Origin: Desulfobulbaceae bacterium UBA2775
GTDB taxonomy: Bacteria > Desulfobacterota > Desulfobulbia > Desulfobulbales > Desulfocapsaceae
Length of the DNA stretch: 64,000 nucleotides
Assembly: GCA_002352445.1 (NCBI GenBank)
Contig: DEIL01000020.1
Span: 51 to 64,050, forward strand
Reading direction: 5' to 3'
Part shown: piece after piece, positions 10,682-19,606 of the stretch
How the letters are laid out: every line of letters begins with the position of its first letter
Position numbering within the stretch: the first letter of the stretch is position 1
Position numbers and translations under genes: made by a program
The notes under the pieces: model-generated
Seen by the model: the letters and a program-made list of their open reading frames with translations, nothing else
Told to the model about the DNA's origin: nothing
Database searches by the model: none

Positions 10682-11045
10682 TTTTCTCAAAAACCGTGCT
10701 GACTCTCAGGGATGATATACAGGCTCTTTGTGAGCGCAACCTTGAGTTTTCACAATATTCTTCCACTATGGTTTGCAAAAATCTACCTCTTATTTGGTGT
10801 TTATCTCTAAACTTCTGGGTTAGGCAACGAACAACCACAGATATGATTGGTTTACAATTATTCAACATAGGTTGTGATGCGGAACACAAAATTCTGGGTT
10901 GTTACGTATACTCTGAAACTATCAATAAAGAAGTGGCACCACAAAATTGGACAAGCTCTTAAGTGGAAAATCTGCTACCAATAATGACCATAAAAGGGCT
11001 TTAACAAGGAGCAGAAAACAGCTTTCCTGAGGTCCACCAGGGAAT

Positions 11046-13367
11046 ATGCAGCTTATGAAAAAAACATCTCTTTTGACAACTTCTCTTGTTGTTGTGACAG
11101 CCGGCTTTTTGCTACTCGCAGTGTCATATATGTGGCGGCTTGACCAACAGATCACCAGCCATTTTGAAGGCAGGCGATGGGAACTGCCGGCCCGGATTTA
11201 TGCCCGCCCCTTAGAATTGTATGTCGGTAAGACTCTGTCTGTCGGCGCCCTCGAAAACGAACTGATCCTGTTGCGTTATAGCCGAAGGGACACCCTAGTC
11301 AAACCTGGCGAATACAGCATTCAGGGCAGGAAAGTTACCATTTACAGTCGTGCTTTTGCTTTTCCGGATATACAACAGCCTGCAACTCTAATCAGGTTAC
11401 AGATACGTGACAAAACTATTACCTCCCTTGCTGATCCAGGCAGCAAGCAGCCCCTCAACATGTTCCGCTTGGAACCAGTCCAGTATGCATCCATCTATCC
11501 AAAACATAATGAAGACCGTATATTGATAAAGAGGGCAGATACCCCGGAATTGCTCATCAAAACCCTACTGCTCATTGAAGACAAAAAATTTTATTCCCAC
11601 TGGGGTATCCGACCCACCGCGATAATCAGAGCCGCCCTAGCCAATCTCCGGGCAGGAAAAACCGTCCAAGGCGGCAGCACACTGACCCAACAGCTCGTAA
11701 AAAATATCTTTCTCACCAGTGAACAGACTCTATTTAGAAAGGTCAACGAAGCCATCATGTCTCTTTTGCTTGAGTACCATTACAGTAAGGACGAAATCCT
11801 GGAGGCCTACCTCAACGAGGTCTATCTGGGGCAGGACGGAAAACGTGCTATCCACGGCTTTGCCATGGCTAGCAAGTTCTATTTTGGCCGCGATCTTGAC
11901 GAGTTGGAGCCGGAACAGCTGACCCTGTTAATTGGAATCGTCAAAGGAGCATCCTACTATAATCCAAGAAATCGGCCAGAGAGGGCAAAAGAACGGCGTA
12001 ATCAGGTGCTGGACATCCTTGCCTCCTATCAAGACCTCAGTCCCGAAGAAACCGATCTACTGAAAAACAAGCCCCTCGCCGTCACCCTGGAAATCCCTTC
12101 TGGAATTACTCTCTATCCGTCATTTCTACAGTTGGTTCGCAGTCAACTGGCACGGGATTACAAAGACGAGGATTTACGCAGCGAAGGATTATCGATTTTT
12201 ACTACGCTTGACCCTATTATCCAGCAAAAAGCAGAAGACAGCCTGGCCAGAGAACTTACAGCGATTGAAAAGCGCCGGGGGGACACTACCATAAAAAAAC
12301 TCCAGGGGGCTCTGGTCATCGCCTCGGTGGACCAGGGAGAAGTCATCGCTGTGGTCGGCAATCGGGCACCCCACCAAGCGGGATTCAACAGGGCGCTGGA
12401 CATGAGACGGCCGATTGGTTCGATAATTAAACCGGCGGTATTCCTGACGGCCCTGGCCCAGCCAGATTCATACAACCTGCTGACAACAATCTATGACACG
12501 CCGCTTATAGTACCAATGGGTGGAGGAAAAGACTGGCAGCCGAAAAACTATGATCATCTTTTTCATGGTTCAGTGCCTCTAATGCAGGCATTGGTCCATT
12601 CCTATAACGTTGCCACCGTGCAACTAGGAATGGATCTGGGACTCGATGCCGTCATTGATATGTTAAAGATACTGGGCATACAGGAACAAATAAATCCCTA
12701 TCCATCCCTGCTGTTGGGAGCAGTGGAACTGCCGCCTATTGAGGTTCTCCAGATGTACCAGACCATCGCAGCTGGTGGCTATCAAACTCCCCTGCGAGCC
12801 ATCCTTGCAGTGACCGATCAGGAGAACAACACCTTGCAGCGCTATCCCTTGACAGTAGAGCAGACTGTGAACCCAGGGGCAATCTTTTGTCTGTCAAAAG
12901 CCCTGCAGACCGTAACCACCGAAGGTACAGCCCGCTCACTGCAACAGCTCCTGCCGGAAGGACTCACCGTGGCAGGAAAAACCGGGACAACCAACAATTT
13001 GCGCGATTCCTGGTTTGCCGGTTTTAGCGGCATGCATGTTGCCGTAGCCTGGGTCGGTCGCGACGACAACACGCCTACCGGTCTCACCGGCGCAACCGGT
13101 GCTCTCGGAGTATGGGCAACCACTATGGCTACAATCGACACAGGTGCCCTGCAAATGCAACCACCTGACAATATCCGCCTGTATTACGCAGATATCACGA
13201 CAGGGCTGATCTTCAATCAAAAATGTGATACAGAAGAGGAAACACTTCTGCCTTTTATTAACAACGGTCTACTGCCAAAAGTTGTCAACTGTAGCAAGCA
13301 AAACAGCAATAACCTGGGGCGAGCACTCCATAAAGGATTGAACGATATTTTTGATCTACTCCGTTAA
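11046..13367 (+). CDS. mrcB: Penicillin-binding protein 1B
   Basis: UB2H-like region, transglycosylase EDKKFYSH and QGGSTLTQQ, transpeptidase SIIK/SYN/KTG. Confidence 0.93.
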   Translation: MQLMKKTSLLTTSLVVVTAGFLLLAVSYMWRLDQQITSHFEGRRWELPARIYARPLELYVGKTLSVGALENELILLRYSRRDTLVKPGEYSIQGRKVTIYSRAFAFPDIQQPATLIRLQIRDKTITSLADPGSKQPLNMFRLEPVQYASIYPKHNEDRILIKRADTPELLIKTLLLIEDKKFYSHWGIRPTAIIRAALANLRAGKTVQGGSTLTQQLVKNIFLTSEQTLFRKVNEAIMSLLLEYHYSKDEILEAYLNEVYLGQDGKRAIHGFAMASKFYFGRDLDELEPEQLTLLIGIVKGASYYNPRNRPERAKERRNQVLDILASYQDLSPEETDLLKNKPLAVTLEIPSGITLYPSFLQLVRSQLARDYKDEDLRSEGLSIFTTLDPIIQQKAEDSLARELTAIEKRRGDTTIKKLQGALVIASVDQGEVIAVVGNRAPHQAGFNRALDMRRPIGSIIKPAVFLTALAQPDSYNLLTTIYDTPLIVPMGGGKDWQPKNYDHLFHGSVPLMQALVHSYNVATVQLGMDLGLDAVIDMLKILGIQEQINPYPSLLLGAVELPPIEVLQMYQTIAAGGYQTPLRAILAVTDQENNTLQRYPLTVEQTVNPGAIFCLSKALQTVTTEGTARSLQQLLPEGLTVAGKTGTTNNLRDSWFAGFSGMHVAVAWVGRDDNTPTGLTGATGALGVWATTMATIDTGALQMQPPDNIRLYYADITTGLIFNQKCDTEEETLLPFINNGLLPKVVNCSKQNSNNLGRALHKGLNDIFDLLR

Positions 13368-13428
13368 AAAATTTGGCTGGACTTCCAGTCCAGTGATTAC
13401 CAACTTAATATTACACTTTTAAAAAGCC

Positions 13429-13896
13429 ATGAACAACCTAACCCGTACCACTTACAAGCTGTTATCCCTCTGCTGCCTCTTAAGCGCCCTGCTCTTCCAG
13501 GGATGTGCCGTCTCTCCTCCCGGGCAACCTGTCTATTATCCACCACCGCCCCCGAAAGCAACCAAACAACAGATACCGGACGTGCAGCCAGTCAAACCAC
13601 CTGCCCCGAAACAGCCCGACGCCATCGCAGTGAGTTTTAGCCAACAGGCAGCGGAGCAAAATCTCCAGGGCAGAACCGATCTCTCTATTGCAACCCTGGA
13701 GAGAGGCCTGCGGGTAGCACCTAAAGATGCCATGCTCTGGTCACAACTGGCAGAAATGAAACTACAGCAGCAGGAATACCAGCATGCCCGGTCATTAGCC
13801 ACAAAATCTAACTCTCTGGCAGGTACAGACACAAAGATTATGCAAAAAAATTACTGGATTATTGAGGAATCTCAGAGAAGAGCCGCCGGTCAGTAG
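13429..13896 (+). CDS. TPR lipoprotein, LpoP-like PBP1B activator candidate
   Basis: Lipobox FQGC, Pro-rich linker, TPR-like LERGLRVAP...LAEMKL; directly downstream of mrcB. Confidence 0.65.
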   Translation: MNNLTRTTYKLLSLCCLLSALLFQGCAVSPPGQPVYYPPPPPKATKQQIPDVQPVKPPAPKQPDAIAVSFSQQAAEQNLQGRTDLSIATLERGLRVAPKDAMLWSQLAEMKLQQQEYQHARSLATKSNSLAGTDTKIMQKNYWIIEESQRRAAGQ

Positions 13897-14031
13897 GTGT
13901 ATTCGCAGGCCGCAGCTGTTACGCTTATAGAAGAATAGGGGCGTGATTGATATGAGGAATTGTTCTTTAGTCTGAACTTCCATTGTCAATCCGACCCCCT
14001 ATGCGCCCCTTTTTTAATTTTCCAAGAGAAC

Positions 14032-14112
14032 TTATGGGGATAAAGGTCGCCAGGATATCAGCATCTTAATAAAGGCATCATCAATCAATCCTCCTCTTTT
14101 CAGCACCCACAT
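14032..14112 (-). pseudogene. Possible IS91-like transposase fragment
   Basis: Short frame VLKRGGLIDDAFIKMLISWR resembles from memory an internal segment of IS91-type transposases; not verified. Confidence 0.3.
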
Positions 14113-14173
14113 CGCTGCTGCATTCCATATTGCTCTCCTTTTACCGATAAGGGAGTAATAATAGCAGCGGTAT

Positions 14174-14360
14174 AGTATCAAGCTGATTGTGCGAAAACAA
14201 TAAAAAATCAATTCCCCGATTGGAAGCGACTTCCTAAGAAAAACAAAAAGGAACTGGCCCGTAAAGTGCTAGCGGAAGTCGTTTCTGAATACGGCTCCAA
14301 ACAGGAAGTAAATCCTCCCGTTGACCAATTACTGGCGATAGAGGGGCAACTTCCTACACA
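14174..14360 (+). pseudogene. Frameshifted N-terminal fragment of an IS transposase
   Basis: IKLIVRKQ, then a frameshift, then KNQFPDWKRLPKKNKKELARKVLAEVVSEY...LLAIEGQLP; resembles from memory N-termini of Desulfobacterota transposases; truncated. Confidence 0.5.
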
Positions 14361-14439
14361 TAGTACATTTCGTCTTGATCAAAAATATCCTCATCGTCTG
14401 CAGGTTCATCTATGAATTCTTCCAGCAAGAAATAGGATT

Positions 14440-14793
14440 TTACTGGCAAAAAAGACGGGAGAGAATTCTCAAATTCCAATGGATTTTGATTTCAAAAAAC
14501 TGTCGGGAAGTCATTTTGGTGTCCACTGGAGTGATAATGAAACCAAGGTAAAAATCAGGTTCAACAAACGTGTTGCAGATTATGTCAGAAAGAGAGCATG
14601 GCATCTGAGCCAGGAGATAGCAGGATGTAAAACCGGTGATCTGATCTTGTCTCTAACGGTAAACCACCTGCTGGAACTGAAACGATGGATTTTGTCATGG
14701 GGCGGCGATGCACAGGTACTGGAGCCAGACTTTTTCGCTCATGATATTATTCAAGCAATAAGCGAAACTGCTGAACTTTATAGTTTGAAATAA
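14440..14793 (+). pseudogene. Truncated WYL-protein remnant (WCX C-terminal domain only)
   Basis: ORF 14479-14793 has VKIRF...YVRKRAWHLSQ...ELKRWILSWGGDAQVLEP, typical of WCX; no HTH/WYL N-terminus in frame. Confidence 0.7.
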
Positions 14794-14850
14794 GCAGAGA
14801 TGTAATGATAGACTTAGGGAGAGAAATGGCCCCGGTTTTATAAAAATAGT

Positions 14851-14868
14851 GGTTCATCCGGATGAACC
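14851..14868. repeat. Perfect 18-bp palindrome between convergent genes
   Basis: GGTTCATCCGGATGAACC. Confidence 0.6.
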
Positions 14869-14930
14869 TGATTTTTCTATTCACCCTGTAAAAATATTGC
14901 CAGGCATTTCATAAAAAAGCCGGATTAAAA

Positions 14931-15191
14931 TTAACCGGAATCCGAACATCTTATCGTGGTATCGGGCAAACCCTTTGGGCATGGAGTGACCCTGATATAT
15001 TTCACATTAGAACATGGGAATATATACAATGAACCTTCGACCTCCACTGTAAACTGATTGTTTTGGGTAGATTTTCCAATTATTTTCTGCACAGTTCCCG
15101 ATTCCCCTTCTTTTGATTTGGGAATATAAAATACCATTTTGCTTTTATCCATAAAACGTATTGTCATCTTACGTTTATTTGCCATGTCCAC
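14931..15191 (-). CDS. Small hypothetical protein
   Basis: 86-aa ORF; AGAGAGG RBS-like sequence ahead of the ATG at 15185; no recognisable domain. Confidence 0.6.
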   Translation of the reverse strand: MDMANKRKMTIRFMDKSKMVFYIPKSKEGESGTVQKIIGKSTQNNQFTVEVEGSLYIFPCSNVKYIRVTPCPKGLPDTTIRCSDSG

Positions 15192-15208
15192 CTCTCTAAC
15201 TATAAAGA

Positions 15209-15399
15209 ATTCTGATTACGTATGAAACTCAGCTACGCCAAAAGCCTATGCGTAGGAGCCCGGTACTCTGGGCGATTGTTGCTCCATAGCAAAATGTCGA
15301 TTTAATCGCCCAGGGGACTGGGCTCCTACAAAGCGTTGTAGTTTAAGTGAGTTATCTTGTATGTTCTGTTTATGGCTGAGTTTCATACGTAATCAGAAT
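15209..15399. mobile_element. MITE-like element with 25-bp perfect terminal inverted repeats and an internal GTAG-type REP doublet
   Basis: ATTCTGATTACGTATGAAACTCAGC (15209-15233) is the exact reverse complement of 15375-15399; internal GTAGGAGCCC...GGGCGATT (15252-15277) pairs with AATCGCCC...GGGCTCCTAC (15304-15329). Confidence 0.75.
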
Positions 15400-15554
15400 G
15401 AGAATAGAATGTTATTAATCCCTTTGAAACACAACCATATTACCCAACAATTTAATGTAAGGCAAACTATGGAATAAATAGGAGTTTAACAACACTGGAT
15501 TCTTTTAATCCCTATAAGATCTGAATAAGAGGGACAGGAGGATACAGAGACAAA

Positions 15555-16310
15555 TTAGTACTTACCAACCGGTGCAAGGTAGATAGTGAACTGTTCTTCG
15601 CCATCCACCCTGATCAATTCGTCCATGGCCTCCTGATCATATGCTGCGATGGCACAAGTTCCCGCCTGGATTGCTTCACACGCCAGGTAGAGATTCTGGC
15701 ACACATGCCCCGCATCGATCAAAATCACCCGATGTGCTGCATGGAGGTAGCGCCACTCCATACGATTGGGTACTGTCGTCCAGACAAATACAACAGCACT
15801 ATTGGCAACAAACTTCTGACCCAGTACTGCCTGTGAAAGTCTTATTTTGTTCTGATCATCTGTGGAATACATTAAAACGAGTTCATTAGAGAGAGGAAGG
15901 TAGCGGTAGAGTCCGGGGGGAATCTTCTCCACTCTGTGAATGAACAGATAGGTTTCAAAACTATGCCTGGCTCCGGCTGAAGGCACTGTACGAAAATGGG
16001 GAGATTGTCCCCCCTGCTTTCTTTGTCCCTGTGTCGCCCAGAGGAGAAACGCCAGCTCTTCAACCTTCAGGTATTCGTCATAATATTTTCGCCTACTTCG
16101 CCGATTACCAATGGCGTCTGCCAGATCTGTGTCTTGTATAATCTGACTCCAGGACTCCCTGTCGGGAAGGTTGATGCGGAGTAACTGTTGATCGACTGCT
16201 TCCTGCAATGGTGGTATAGGTACCCCTCTGTTCTGGGCACTTGCCCGAAAGTCGATTGTCTTACGAAGACTGTCTTTTAAAAAATCACGATGCAGTTTAA
16301 ATTCATCCAT
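15555..16310 (-). CDS. SagB/ThcOx-family nitroreductase-like protein
   Basis: RRSRR, RTVPSAGARH, DAGHVCQNLYL motifs. Confidence 0.88.
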   Translation of the reverse strand: MDEFKLHRDFLKDSLRKTIDFRASAQNRGVPIPPLQEAVDQQLLRINLPDRESWSQIIQDTDLADAIGNRRSRRKYYDEYLKVEELAFLLWATQGQRKQGGQSPHFRTVPSAGARHSFETYLFIHRVEKIPPGLYRYLPLSNELVLMYSTDDQNKIRLSQAVLGQKFVANSAVVFVWTTVPNRMEWRYLHAAHRVILIDAGHVCQNLYLACEAIQAGTCAIAAYDQEAMDELIRVDGEEQFTIYLAPVGKY

Positions 16311-16323
16311 GGAACAACTCCTT

Positions 16324-16357
16324 AATAAACTAACCCGACTATTCGGGGTAGTTTATT
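16324..16357. repeat. 15-bp inverted repeat just upstream of the nitroreductase RBS
   Basis: AATAAACTAACCCGA-ctat-TCGGGGTAGTTTATT, one mismatch. Confidence 0.5.
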
Positions 16358-16468
16358 ACTGATTGATGGTTTTGCAAAAAACTGTATATTCAAAGCGCAT
16401 AAATTTTATCATCTTGATGTACTAACCCGAATAAATCGTAATTTCAATTACCAGCAGCCCTAAACAAC

Positions 16469-17791
16469 ATGACGAATAAGCATACAATAACAATAATTGG
16501 CGGCGGACTGGCAGGAAGTGAAGCTGCATGGCAGATAGCAAACAGGAACTGCAGGGTCAGGTTGATTGATATGAAACCACACACATTCAGTCCTGTACAC
16601 TCACAGAGAGAACTTGCTGAACTGGTCTGCAGTAACTCCTTCAGATCCAACGACCCCTCTTCGGCAATAGGGCTCCTGAAAGAGGAAATGAGAAGGTGCA
16701 ACTCCCTAATCGTGCAAAAGGCTGATGAAACAGCAGTCCCTGCCGGCAAAGCACTGGCTGTAGACAGAGATCTTTTTGCAAAAAAAGTTACCGAGAATCT
16801 TGAACAACACCCTCTTGTCGAAATAGTAAGAGAAGAGATCTCAGAAATTCCGCCTGAATCATCTTCCTATACGATTATTGCAACAGGACCACTCACCTCG
16901 GAACCCCTGGCCGAATCCCTGGCAACTCTTACCGGTCGTGATCGCCTTGCCTTCTACGATGCCATTGCTCCAATAGTATATACTGAATCACTGAACATGG
17001 ATATCATCTATTGCAAATCCCGGTATGATGACGGGCCGGGAGATTATTTAAACTGCCCGATGGATAAGGAATCGTATCTCCATTTCATAGAGGAACTTGG
17101 CAAAGCCACCTGTGTACCCCTGAAGAGCTTTGAGGAGATAAAGTATTTTGAAGGCTGCCTTCCTGTTGAAGTTATTCGCTCCCGTGGAGATGATACCCTG
17201 CGTTTCGGGCCAATGAAACCCGTAGGCCTGGAGGATCCAAAAACAGGGAAAACTCCATATGCAGTAGTTCAGCTAAGGAAAGAAAACAGACAGGAAACCA
17301 CATACAATATGGTCGGTTTCCAGACAAAACTTACTTATAGCGAACAAAAACGAATATTCAGTCTCATTCCCGGGATGGAGAAGGTTGAATTTGCCAGGCT
17401 GGGATCTATCCACAGAAATACCTTTATCTGCGCTCCCGAACTTCTGCAGCCAACCCTGCAATTCAAAACCCGCCCTGACCTGCTTCTGGCCGGTCAATTA
17501 TCAGGGGTTGAAGGATATATAGAGTCTGCTGCCATGGGATTGCTGGCCGGTATCAACTCTGCCCGTCTGGCCTCAGGCAACTCCCCTGTCATTCCCCCGC
17601 CCGAAACTGCTCTCGGAGCACTTATCCGCCATTTAACTGAGAGTGAACCGAAAAAATTCCAGCCGTCTAATATCAACTTTGGACTCTTCCCGCTCTGGGA
17701 GAAAAAGGTGCCGAAAAAACTCAAAGGAAGGCTACGTGCAGAGAAGGGACTTGAGGCACTGCAAAACTGGATGAAGGATGAGGAGTTTTAG
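16469..17791 (+). CDS. trmFO: Folate/FAD-dependent tRNA (uracil-54) methyltransferase
   Basis: GGGLAGSEAA, ELVCSNS, YFEGCLP, GVEGY motifs. Confidence 0.96.
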   Translation: MTNKHTITIIGGGLAGSEAAWQIANRNCRVRLIDMKPHTFSPVHSQRELAELVCSNSFRSNDPSSAIGLLKEEMRRCNSLIVQKADETAVPAGKALAVDRDLFAKKVTENLEQHPLVEIVREEISEIPPESSSYTIIATGPLTSEPLAESLATLTGRDRLAFYDAIAPIVYTESLNMDIIYCKSRYDDGPGDYLNCPMDKESYLHFIEELGKATCVPLKSFEEIKYFEGCLPVEVIRSRGDDTLRFGPMKPVGLEDPKTGKTPYAVVQLRKENRQETTYNMVGFQTKLTYSEQKRIFSLIPGMEKVEFARLGSIHRNTFICAPELLQPTLQFKTRPDLLLAGQLSGVEGYIESAAMGLLAGINSARLASGNSPVIPPPETALGALIRHLTESEPKKFQPSNINFGLFPLWEKKVPKKLKGRLRAEKGLEALQNWMKDEEF

Positions 17792-19566
17792 CTTGATTGC
17801 TCCCTTAACCCCCAGTAAGGATATTCCACATGGTAATCTGCTACCGCTCCAGGACTATGTTCTCTGCTTGCAACAAGCCATAAGCGGTTGCTTTTAGGGA
17901 AGCCCGGTTCGGTTTCCCTGCCCGCAGGTGAGGGATGGAGAACCAGTGCATTATCGGCACTGTATTCAATATCACCGGAACCTTTAAAGATACCAAGGTG
18001 AGGCTCTTCGGAATAGGATCCGGCTAAACCTCTGGTAAGCTCGGAAATCACCAGAAAAGAGACCTGTAGCTCATCACGAATCGATTCAAGTTGACGAAGC
18101 CAGGCATCAATACCGGTTCGCCGCTCAGAAAAGTCTTTAAACGGCAGTTTATGTAAACTGTCGATCACTACAACGGTATATTCGTTTCCGGTTTCATGGC
18201 GAATAAAATCAATATGTTTACGCATCAGGGCAGGATTCACCTTTCTATCATTGATTACCCGCAAAAACCTAAACATCTGCTGCAGACTGCTGCATGCCGC
18301 ATCATACCTCTCCTTTACCTCTTCTCCATCTCTCATACTTTTTAATTCAGAGGTTGAGAGTTTGCTTAGTCTGCTCAGGGTACGCTGATAGATCTTCTGT
18401 CTGCCGTTTTCGAAATCGTAATAGAGAACAGGTATTTTTCTCAGGGCCATCTCGGTTGCAATCTGGATCATAAAGGTAGACTTACCAACCTTGGGAGCAC
18501 CTCCAACTACATTAATCCCATGTATACCTCCAAGGGCTGTATCCAGGAGGGGAAATCCCGATGAAAGCTTGAGATATTCCTCTCCCCGTTCTTTAACAAG
18601 ATTCTCTACAAACAGCCTATATTCCCGTTTTGGTGTGGCAAATGGAGAAAATGATCTCGACCCTTTAACCATAGCACTGACTTCTCTGGCAAATCCTTTG
18701 CCGGAATCTTTTGCCAGTTGCCAGAAAGAATATTTCGTCGGTGAATGAGCAGGCCAATAGAGGATTCTCGCCTTAAACCCCAGACGTGAAGCCAGATTTT
18801 TGGCGGCAAGTTCAGCTTCAGAACTATTTGTTATAACAATGAAAATGTTTTTCAGATGAACAAACGGTTCAGAGGAGAGTTTCTCCAAACCGTTGTAATG
18901 GGATACCGCTACTCCAGGAAACCCAAGCTGTTTCAGGGTCAACAAGTTTTCTTCACCCTCACAGATAAAGAGAGTCCCCTGTTCACATCGTTTAATATCC
19001 TGGAGATTGAACAGGTTGTAGGGTTCGATACTGAAGCTTTCGTTACCATGCCAAAAAAAATCTTCCGGACGATCAGGATAAACGCAGCGAGCGGAATAAC
19101 AGTTGCCGTCCTCCTGTCGATAAGGGTAGACAATATACCTGCCATTAAACCCAATCTGCATTTCCAGTAGAGTTGCCTCCGTCACCCCGGCAGCTGCAAA
19201 TTTATTTATCAGGCCAGGGGTAAGGCGATCTCTGTACTGCCGGATTTCATCATTAATGTTTTCAATGGGATATTCAGGCTGAGCAGTTATTTTATCCTGG
19301 TCAGGAACAAAACCGGGAACTTCATCCAGGTCGATCCCGGCAAGATGGGCAAACCAAAGGGCAAATCCTCCGGGTACACAACGATTCAGGCAGCGAAAAT
19401 AGCCATAAAAGAAGCCCTCTCTATTCAAATAAACAACAATTCGGCCACTCTTAAAACCATGATCGCGACAAAATGGACAATCAGCATTAAAAATCTTCTG
19501 ATCCTGATACTCACCCTGCAGATGTTTGAAGTAAAAGCGCTCTATGGAATTATCACCATTAGCCAT
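17788..19566 (-). CDS. Fused Zn-finger/TOPRIM/SF4 helicase (T7 gp4/Twinkle-like architecture)
   Basis: CPFC...CLNRC, ICEGE, Walker A GAPKVGKS, Walker B VVIDS, KGSGDIEYSAD. Confidence 0.8.
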   Translation of the reverse strand: MANGDNSIERFYFKHLQGEYQDQKIFNADCPFCRDHGFKSGRIVVYLNREGFFYGYFRCLNRCVPGGFALWFAHLAGIDLDEVPGFVPDQDKITAQPEYPIENINDEIRQYRDRLTPGLINKFAAAGVTEATLLEMQIGFNGRYIVYPYRQEDGNCYSARCVYPDRPEDFFWHGNESFSIEPYNLFNLQDIKRCEQGTLFICEGEENLLTLKQLGFPGVAVSHYNGLEKLSSEPFVHLKNIFIVITNSSEAELAAKNLASRLGFKARILYWPAHSPTKYSFWQLAKDSGKGFAREVSAMVKGSRSFSPFATPKREYRLFVENLVKERGEEYLKLSSGFPLLDTALGGIHGINVVGGAPKVGKSTFMIQIATEMALRKIPVLYYDFENGRQKIYQRTLSRLSKLSTSELKSMRDGEEVKERYDAACSSLQQMFRFLRVINDRKVNPALMRKHIDFIRHETGNEYTVVVIDSLHKLPFKDFSERRTGIDAWLRQLESIRDELQVSFLVISELTRGLAGSYSEEPHLGIFKGSGDIEYSADNALVLHPSPAGRETEPGFPKSNRLWLVASREHSPGAVADYHVEYPYWGLREQSS

Positions 19567-19606
19567 AAAAGACCCTGCTTTTTTTCATTTCCATTGTACC
19601 CACGTG

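Noticed and set aside
10696-10962. 88-aa ORF between LysR and mrcB
   Set aside because: No clear RBS or domain; probably non-coding.
15555-16310. SagB-like gene as part of a RiPP (azole) cluster
   Set aside because: No YcaO, precursor peptide or transporter nearby; stand-alone SagB-type nitroreductases are common in anaerobes.
17788-19566. Prophage or plasmid replication module
   Set aside because: No integrase, structural or other phage genes nearby; flanked by trmFO and maf.
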